Source: Eledone cirrhosa (Eukaryota). Taken from it: 64,000 nucleotides of DNA. How positions within the stretch are numbered: position 1 is the stretch's first letter; every line of letters begins with the position of its first letter. Shown piece by piece: positions 54,291 to 64,000 of the stretch. The DNA lies in assembly GCA_964016885.1 (NCBI GenBank), contig OZ024741.1, positions 61,814,001 to 61,878,000 on the forward strand. Direction: 5' to 3'. The translations under genes were made by a program, and so were the position numbers. The notes below the pieces were generated by a model that was given only the letters and a program-made list of their open reading frames with translations, made no database searches and was not told where the DNA came from.

Positions 54291-54624
54291 TAAGATACAC
54301 AGTTAAACAGTAAAAAAAATAATAAATAGAAGTGATTTCAGATGATATAAGTTCTTTAGTAAAGTGAAAGTTCATATTGTACAATTCCAAATTTCCAACA
54401 TGGTAAATAGATTTGTGAAAAAATTCTGTAATGTCTGAAAGAACTCTGAAATATGTCAGAACTTAGAACAAATGGTCATTTTATTTATGAGAAAATGGTA
54501 ATAAACATCCAGAAGAATAAATGGCTCTGTTAGTCTTGAGATCAGTGAACAGAGAAAATGGTTTAGTATGTAGATATATATCTTCTTTATGTGTATCTAT
54601 AGCATGTATGTATGTGTCACACAT

Positions 54625-54691
<67 letters not shown>

Positions 54692-55649
54692 CACATATAT
54701 GTGTGTGTGTGTGCACACATATATCTGAGTGTGTGTGTGTGTTGAGTATTTATCTATGTCAGTATACAGATGCTCTAGCCGCTTATATTATTATCATGTT
54801 CATATACACAGCCACACGTATATTTATTTATTAATGAGAGTTGTATTCATGTAGTTCAGTGAAGTATGGTTATATAAATATAGGTGTAAGTATGTGTGTG
54901 TGTGTGTGTGTGTGGTGTATGCATATATATGGTATGTATGCACACACACACCTACATATATATGTGTGTGTGTGTATATATATGGTTACATATATATGGT
55001 ATGTGTGTGTTATTTGTGTGTAACAACATCTACAATATAATTAGCTAAATATTGCCCTACCAATCCAATTTCTTCCTCTATTTTGTCTGTTCAACAGACT
55101 GAAGAAACCCTGCTTTACTGTTGACAGACTAAATCTGGCATCATTTTGGTGCCAGTATGGATGACTAAGTAACCAGTTTGGTTTATCTGCAACCATGTGG
55201 TTTCAGCTTTTCGCTGTGTGGCACCTTAAACAAGTATCATCTATTATAGCTTCAGGTTATTGACAATACTTTGACTAATAACTTTTTTTAAGAATTTGGT
55301 AGATGGAAACTGAGCAGAACCCTGTTTTCCCCCTCTCCCTAGCGATCCTACTGTGTGGCACCTTGGAAAATCTTCTACCACAGCCTTACATTATAGACTA
55401 ATTTCAGACTAATACCTACATTACACTAATATCTTGTGAAAAAAATATGAAAAGAAAGAGCAATGCCCATGGCCTTCCTATGCACCCCCCCCCCCCCCAA
55501 AAAAAATACAAGAACAATAATGTCATTGATTTCACTTAAACTGGTGCAAGTCTATTTCAATTAAAAAGAGAAGTACAGGGAGAGAGTTGAAGAGATCCAA
55601 ACATTCTAGGTGTAGGGGTTGATGGTGAGTGCCTAGGTGATAACCATCT

Positions 55650-55995
55650 TTCCAACAACAACTCCGGGCACATGTTGAAATCTATGTGTCTAACATACAT
55701 GGACATGCCCACAAAGTCAGAAAACAGCACAGCTCCCATGACCCTTTCGGAAATATGTTTTCACGCTCAGAGTTGCTGAAGCATGGAACAAATACCTGCA
55801 TCAGTTGTTAGCTGTCGGGACACTGCATCCTTTAAAATGTCCATGCTTCCTGATATTCCCCTTCCGTACACGCATGTCTGTGTGTATATCATGGCTCATA
55901 CACTGTTCACTTTTCTGATATTTGTACATTATTCTATATACTATACATGCACCTTTGATGAGTTGTAGTGCACCTGAGAACTTTATACAATAATT
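55650..55995 (+). mobile_element. CR1/L2-like LINE 3' end
   Basis: RKYVFTLRVAEAWNK, then after a frameshift PASVVSCRDTASFK. Confidence 0.7.
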
Positions 55996-56880
55996 TTAAT
56001 TAAATTATCAAGAGAGACAAATAAACGAAGAGTGCCTAAGTGGAGGTAGCATGGCACTAGCAAGATGATTGTTGTAGAGACAAAAGAGGCAGAATGATGA
56101 GACAACACATCTGAGGGCCAGAGACTGGAGAGTAACAGTGAGTGACATCAAATATATTACTGAGATAGCAGGTTGAGATATGGTAAACAAATTTGCATAC
56201 ATTTAATAATCATACATTGCATATTTTTTAAGTAGCTGTAAGCTACTGAATAGAGTGAAGTAAATAAGCTTGTAAAAAGAGGTGAAACTAGTGAAGTTGT
56301 TTTTACCATGTTCCACAGAAAGAGTTCTCAGGCTTATTTACACAGCAAGGTAAATGTACATTTATTAGAAGTATATTGTAAATTTATTTACAACTATATA
56401 TACATGTATACTTATACATATATACATGCACACATATATACACGCACACATGCACACACATATACACACACATATATGTATATATATACACATGCACACT
56501 CATATATACACACACACATACATACATGCACATCTATATATATACACAGATACATACACACACACACACATCAAAATTCATCATCATCATCATTTTACGT
56601 CCACTTTTCCATGCTTCTTTCATGGGTTGGACAGCTCTTTTCCAGCACAGCATTCTTCCACTTGCTGTGTTCCTTCATTATCTCTTCTGTGAGCTTCAGT
56701 GATTTGAGATTAGCTCTCACTACCTCTTCCCATGTCTTACTTGGTCTTCCTCTACTGCAGCTTACTTCCACTGGGATTACTTGGCACTTTTTCATGCAAT
56801 GATCATTATCCTGCAAACTACATCTGATTCCTCTTATAGCTGGCATTTCTCTTGGCTCATCCATAATGTGTTGTTCATTA

Positions 56881-57268
56881 GGCACATGGCTTAGTGGTTA
56901 GGGCATTCAGCTTGCAATCGAAAGGTTGTGAGTTCAATTCTCAGACCGGGTGATGTGTTGTTTCCTTGAGCAAGACACTTTATTTCACATTGCTCCAGTT
57001 TACTCAGCTGTAGAAATGAGATGATAGGACTGGGGTCCCTATCATTCCACTGCAAAGTGGTCGTGGAGGTACCACGGCAAAAAAGCACCCAGCACTCACT
57101 GTAAATGAGGTTGGTGTTAGGAAGGGCATCCAGCTGTAGAAATCAAGCCAGAATCAGTTTCCGTATGAGCAAGACAAGGTCAGCCGACCGGACACTGCCA
57201 ACAACAGGACAACCTGTCTAACCTATGCTAGCATGGAAGAACAGACATAAAATGGTGATGATGATGAT
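56881..57268 (+). mobile_element. SINE family B inserted in a decayed minus-strand RTE (56575-57540)
   Basis: Homologous to 36437-36787; flanks encode RTE C-terminal remnants (GIRC..RGRPSKTWEEVV). Confidence 0.88.
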
Positions 57269-58236
57269 TACACATTCATCAAAGTATGCTTGTTTTATTT
57301 CTCTCCAACTGTAGCATATCTTCTACATTCACTGCCTATATCTCACTAACATTGCACACCACACACAGGCATCATACAACTGGTATTTCCTTTATAGAGA
57401 AAAACCTATAAATGTAACATTGTCATCAGAGGTTGTAGATTCCTGAACTTGTCCCATCCTGTCCTTATTCTAGCTACTATGCTCCCAGAGCAACCTCCTC
57501 CACTGCTAATTGATTACCTAAGTTGCAGAAGCAATCAACCACTTCTAGTGTCACAATAAACTGCACCCAGTACACTCTTTGAAATGGTTGCAGCAAGGAA
57601 GAACATCAAGCCATAGAAACTATCATAAATATGAGTCATAAGAGTGAAAACATGGTTCTTTGACCTGTCTAGACTTGACCATTGCAACACATCCAATCCA
57701 TGCCACCATGGAAAGTAGACGACAATGATGATGATATCTATGATACCGGTGTGTGTGTGTGTATGTGTATACATATGTGTATTTGTGTGTTTGTGAAAAA
57801 AAAAAAATGATTGTAAATGGGTATTTGTTATCAGAAAGAAAAGAGATGATTGAGTATAAGTGTATACATATGTCTGTGTGTATGTGTGTGTGTATATACA
57901 TATGACTGTGTGTATGTGTGTATATATGCCTGTGTGTATGTGTGAATGATTGTGTATATGTGAGCATACGTGAGTGTATACACACATGTCTGTGTGAATG
58001 ATTGTGTATGTGTGTATACACAAAACCACTCGCCCATACACAAATCACTAAAGTTGAATCAGTCAATTTCAAATAATATAAAAATAGTTTGTTTACTCTC
58101 ATTGTCTATCTTCCTCTCTCTCTCTGATGGTTTTCTCTCTCTCACACACACCTATCTCTCACTATCACCTCTCTCCAATCAATTACATTACAATCCCCCT
58201 GCAACACACTATTTCTATTCAAAGATGTATTACAGT

Positions 58237-58285
<49 letters not shown>

Positions 58286-59638
58286 CATAAAATGATGATG
58301 ATATATATATATATAAATATGCATACGCATATATGTATATACATACATATATGCATACATACATATATGCATGCACACACACACATGTATATATACATAT
58401 GCATACATACCCACACACATATGTATATATACATATACATACACATACATACCCACACGCACATTTACAGAGAGGGAGAGTGTGTGTGTGTATGTGTGTA
58501 TATAATATATATATATATATATATCCGACAGAATGAGGAAGAGAATGATGCACAAGTGTCTTTACATACGGTTTTGTTATATCATGTTACTAAGTTTAAA
58601 AATAAATCTCCGAAATCAATCATAGCAAAGTAGAAAATAAGAAGCCATTATCAATTATATACTTAGTATTTAGTAGTCTTTGTCTTCTATAATATAGAAT
58701 GGTATGGAATGGAATTGTATGGTCCATTGGTTTCCGTGGTGAGTAGACCTGTTGTTAAATGGAACAGGCTGCTTGTGAAAATAACATGCAATTGCCACCA
58801 CAACCACCACTGCTCACATCACCAACACCAGCACCACCAAAATATTTAAAAATCATAGGCAGCATCTTTCATTAGAAACATAAGGACCTTTGTTTAATTA
58901 TGTTCCAAACACCAACTTCATTATAAGGAAGTTCAATCCCTTTAAATACTTTATTATTTTCCAAACTATTTGGAATTCATAAGCAGCTTCTTTCATTAGA
59001 AAAATGGTAGTGAAAATGTTAATAAACCCCAAAGAATGTTTATAGTAATGAGTGTAGAAGTGTAACAGCAGATCCTTTTTTTTTAAAATTGATTCACAGA
59101 ATGGAATAAGCAATATCATTTACTGCACTCCTTCTGTATATCTTTGGGAAAATTCCCAGAGATGGAGATCACATAACGCTGATAGTCTTATTGAATAAAA
59201 CCAAAGAAAAAATAATGTAATTTAGGGATTTTATATTTTCAAAAATTTTCTATGCTTTCAAAATGTACTGAGTTTATTGGGGGATTTTAAAGAAACCTAG
59301 CTAATCTAATAAATGTTTCTTGATGTTTTCTGCCTTCAAACTAAATAATCTTCAAATTCTTTCTCTGGAAAGAATTGGAAAAATTGAAATAATGAACATA
59401 CAAGTAAAATTTACTACAATAGAAATTTTATCTTCCACATGTGTTTTTGTTAGTAAGATTGCACACACATACATATGTCTAAATATAGATGCACATGCGT
59501 GTGTGTGTGTATATACACACACACATACATATATATATATACATACATATATATACACACACACACATATACATATATATACATACATATATACACAGAC
59601 ACACACATACATACACATACATATATACATACATATAT

Positions 59639-59685
<47 letters not shown>

Positions 59686-59692
59686 GATATAT

Positions 59693-59723
<31 letters not shown>

Positions 59724-59764
59724 CATACATATATACACACACACACATATATATATATACATAT

Positions 59765-59819
<55 letters not shown>

Positions 59820-59822
59820 CAT

Positions 59823-59873
<51 letters not shown>

Positions 59874-59882
59874 CATACCTAT

Positions 59883-59931
<49 letters not shown>

Positions 59932-59936
59932 ATTAT

Positions 59937-61207
59937 ATGGTGGCTGCCAACTCGTTTTCGAGTACGGCCACTACTTTATATCCATGTAGGAGAACCCCTA
60001 CCGATGCGCTGAACGAGTGTGACTTTTTAGTCCAGCCAGCGACTTGAAAACTCTGGTACAAACACTACACTTGTGACAATTATTGACACATAGTGCTAGG
60101 CCCATGGTACCATGTGACGACAAGTGCAGTGAGATCTCCAGATATAAAGCAATGCCTGTGCCGTGAAGCTTTTATAGTGAGCAAAGGCACTGCACAAAGC
60201 CAGTCCCACTCTCTTAACCAAGATGATATTTACCAAAAAGAAGAACAAGTCAACATCATTGGATACCATCAGAGTTGCAGGTGTTATATCAGAGTTTTCC
60301 TAGAATTCTGCATTGACAAAGGCTAAGGGGTCATCTCTCCCGGTGATTTTGGATGGCCATTGACTCTTAAGAGCTCCTTTGCCCTTTGACAGGTTGTGTT
60401 TTTAGTCCTGCAGGATGTCCAAAGTCACCCTCCTCACCAAGAAACCTTGGTGGGGTTGCCAGTTTAGTCGCCAACGACCCGATCATGAGACAGGTTGTAC
60501 TGGGATACATGTTACCAGTAGCACTAACCGGTGACCTGACATATACATAATTATATACATACATATATACATACATATATACATACATATATATATGGTG
60601 GCTGCCAACTCGTTTTCGAGTACGGCCACTACTTTATATCCATGTAGGAGAACCCCTACCGATGCGCTGAACGAGTGTGACTTTTTAGTCCAGCCAGCGA
60701 CTTGAAAACTCTGGTACAAACACTACACTTGTGACAATTACTGACACATAGTGCTGGGCCCATGGTACCATGTGACGACAAGTGCAGAGAGATCTCCAGA
60801 TATAAAGCAATGCCTGTGCCGTGAAGCTTTTATAGTGAGCAAAGGCACTGCACAAAGCCAGTCCCACTCTCTTAACCAAGATGATATTTACCAAAAAGAA
60901 GAACAAGTCAACATCATTGGATACCATCAGGGTTGCAGGTGTTATATCAGAGTTTTCCTTCTCCTAGAATTCTGCCTTGACAAAGGCTAAGGGGTCATCT
61001 CTCCCGGTGATTTTGGATGGCCATTGACTCTTAAGAGCTCCTTTGCCCTTTGACAGGTTTTGTTTTTAGTCCTGCAGGATGTCCAAAGTCACCCTCCTCA
61101 CCAAGAAACCTTGGTGGGGTTGCCAGTTTAGTCGCCAACGACCCGATCATGAGACAGGTTGTACTGGGATACATGTTACCAGTAGCACCAACTGGTGACC
61201 TGACATA
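59937..61207. repeat. Near-identical tandem duplication with a ~658-bp period
   Basis: 59937-60545 vs 60595-61207 differ by a few SNPs and one 6-bp indel; separated by (TACA)-type microsatellite. Confidence 0.97.
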
Positions 61208-61415
61208 TATATATACATACATATATACATACATATATACATACATATATATATACATACATATATACATACATATATATACATATATATATATATACAT
61301 AAATAGATACATACATATATATATACATACATATATACATACATATATATACATATATATATATATATATACATAAATAGATACATACATATATATACAT
61401 ATATATACATATATA

Positions 61416-61483
61416 TATTATTCATTCTTTATATGTAGATATATATATTTATGTATATATATATATTTATGTATCTATTTATG

Positions 61484-61516
<33 letters not shown>

Positions 61517-61553
61517 GTATATATATGTATGTATCTATTTATGTATATATATG

Positions 61554-61586
<33 letters not shown>

Positions 61587-61621
61587 GTATATATATATAT
61601 GTATATATCTATTTATGTATA

Positions 61622-61687
<66 letters not shown>

Positions 61688-61718
61688 TATACATAAATAG
61701 ATACATACATATATATAC

Positions 61719-61753
<35 letters not shown>

Positions 61754-61821
61754 CATAAATAGATACATAAATATATATATATACATAAATATATATATAT
61801 ACATATAAAGAATGAATAATA
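61416..61821. repeat. Foldback of microsatellite plus PLE tail end
   Basis: TATTATTCATTCTTTATATGT..TTTATGTATCTATTTATGT is mirrored by ACATAAATAGATACATAAA..ACATATAAAGAATGAATAATA. Confidence 0.75.
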
Positions 61822-62878
61822 ACAGGCAGACATCAAAAAAGGTAATTTATTCCGTGTGCTTACAAATGTTTCCATGGTGGTACTACAGCCTAGTTATGCT
61901 ATGTGCAAATTTAAAAGTATTTGCAGAACTCAAATATCCAATGCTGTGACCACTGTATCCTCAGAGCAGAATGGTAAATTGTACAATGTAAATACCCTTA
62001 AGTGGGGTTGTTGGGGAAGATAGAGTAGAAAAGGAAGAGAGAAAAGTAGGGGAGAGGGAGAGAGAGAGAAAGATATGCAGGGGTTGGAGAAGTAGGAGAG
62101 AGTGGTTTGTAGATATCTTAATCAAAATGTTATGGTAGGGGTTTTATTATACTGGTTACTTTTGGAGAGATGCATTGATAGTTAAGGTCGGAATTATTTA
62201 TTGCCCCAGAGGGCAGGTTCATAGATGTGGAGAGGGAGGTAGGCCAAAGGCGAGAGAGAGAGTGTGTAATGGATGTAGAGAGAGAGGTAGAGGGGGGACA
62301 GACTAAGTTTATGTGGTGAGTGAACTTTGGGTTTGTAGTAGTAATCTGTGAATTGCACTGAGTTACCATTTATAGTGATAAGCAGTGTATTGTCTTGTAG
62401 TGTGGGGGAAGAGAAGGTGGTTAGCAAGAAAGCGATGCTATAGTTACGGGTTCGAATGTTAAGTTATTTTATAGTGAGAGAATTTAGCTTTTAGTTTGTG
62501 GTTGCAGTATAATGATCGTTCAATTCTATTGTTAAGTAGTTTGTTTTTGGATTTTAATATGTAAAAGAGCTCAAGGTTACATAACCTGCAGTACTTCAAT
62601 CCACTCCGATATGCACTTGCGCTGGAAAGTATATCCCATTTTAAGGTGAACTGTTGGTTGCGTTCACGGAGTTGTAAGCACACGGAATAAATTACCTTTT
62701 TTGATGTCTGCCTGTTATTATTCATTCTTTATATACACTCCGGAATACAGAAGGATCAGGAACTAAGTTTCTTCAACAATTCTTCCATAACTCGTAGAGT
62801 AACCTTTCACCGTACGTCAACCATATCCAGTGTAGTAATTAACCAGTACTACATCTTGGGTAATCCTATACCTAATAT
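61803..62878 (-). mobile_element. Truncated PLE (GIY-YIG C-terminus + UTR + hammerhead) with an inverted terminal tail
   Basis: KWDILSSASAYRSGLKYCRLCNLE..LLNNR..CNHK; perfect 63-bp inverted repeat at 61803-61865 / 62672-62734. Confidence 0.88.
61857..61968 (-). ncRNA. Type I hammerhead motif with an extended, branched stem II
   Basis: TGCT-CTGAGGA-[85 nt: GTGGT/ACCAC, ACAGC/GCTGT, inner TGCAAAT/ATTTGCA]-GAAA-CATTT-GTA^AGCA. Confidence 0.7.
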
Positions 62879-63070
62879 ATATATACATATATAGATACAT
62901 AAATATATATACATATATATATAAATGCATATATATACATATACACATACACATATAAATATACACACACATACAAATATACACACACATACATATACAA
63001 ACAAATATATGCATACACATACATATACATATATATATATACACATACATATATATATATATATAAATAC

Positions 63071-63101
<31 letters not shown>

Positions 63102-63589
63102 CATACATATACATACACACATATATATACATACATATACACATACATATATACATACATATACTCATATATATATATATATATATATTTACATACACAT
63201 ATACATATAAATACATATATACATATGCATACATATACACACACACAAACACATTTAATATTGAGATGATAATGCAGGTGATTAAAGGTAGGAAGCAGAA
63301 ATATCCGAAATTCAGATATAAAAAAATAACAACAATAAGACAGAACCAAATTCATTTCATATCTTTGTAGATGAGATAAACTCAGCATTGTATTAGCAGG
63401 TTGCTAATATTTAATAAAGACAAAGAAAATACCTTTGTAATATGGGATAAAAGTATGACTGTATGAGTGAGATGTTTATTTTGTATTAATGTGATTCTGA
63501 GTTCAACCTTACTGCCTGTCACGCACCTTGGACAAGAGTCTTTAGTAACAATATGACAGCTCTTCTAGTGACACTTTAGGCAAGTGCCT

Positions 63590-63791
63590 TTAACCCTTTA
63601 GCATTTAAACCGGCTGAATCCAGCCATTATTCTCTCGCCTCTTTCTGTTCAAACCGGCCACTCATAATGATGTTAAGATATTGTTCTCACAATATATCAT
63701 ATCAATATCTCATAGATAATTATGTGAGGTAAAGCCTTGACTGTGAAAATACAATAGTAAATATAGAGTAATGTAAATTCTAAAGGGTTAA
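63590..63791. mobile_element. piggyBac-derived MITE
   Basis: TTAA-CCCTTTAG ... CTAAAGGG-TTAA. Confidence 0.85.
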
Positions 63792-64000
63792 TGTGGTTCT
63801 GAGTTCAACCTTACTGCCTGTTTGACACCTTTAGTAACGATACAACTCCTCTTTCAAAATGGCTTGAAAATACCTTGGACAATTGTCTTTAGTAACCACA
63901 TGACAACATCTCTAATGTTGGAGCCACAAAAATCGCACCCTGTTCAGCCTGTAAGATAACTGGTGGCAGGAAGGGCATCCAACTGAAGAAACCATCCAAA

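Noticed and set aside
62459-62725. Intact 88-aa protein
   Set aside because: It is chimeric: the first ~17 codons come from the inverted tail and the rest is a PLE endonuclease C-terminus.
59320-63390. Many YI/HT/CV-rich ORFs here and elsewhere in the window
   Set aside because: They are translations of (TA)n, (CA)n and (TACA)n microsatellites.

Overview
This is AT-rich, repeat-saturated eukaryotic DNA with no convincing host gene; the repeat families suggest a cephalopod (Octopus-like) genome, which is an inference. Bases 1-9845 are a 48-bp satellite array. Its 2319-aa and 557-aa 'ORFs' are translations of the repeat, and the array carries a ~1.9-kb higher-order duplication. The rest is a nest of mobile DNA: one near-full-length and several decayed RTE LINEs with a Cys/His finger inside the RT region, two Penelope-like elements (PLEs; RT plus C-terminal GIY-YIG) and several PLE termini, two non-autonomous Helitrons, mariner relics including an ~860-bp foldback, R4/Dong- and CR1-like fragments, tRNA-derived SINEs, piggyBac-like MITEs and long (TA)n tracts. 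The most notable signal is nine type I hammerhead-ribozyme motifs, some intact and some decayed, from several unrelated families. They sit repeatedly in foldback structures where the tail downstream of the cleavage site is copied in inverted orientation at the other end of the element, in two cases starting within 5 nt of the predicted cut.
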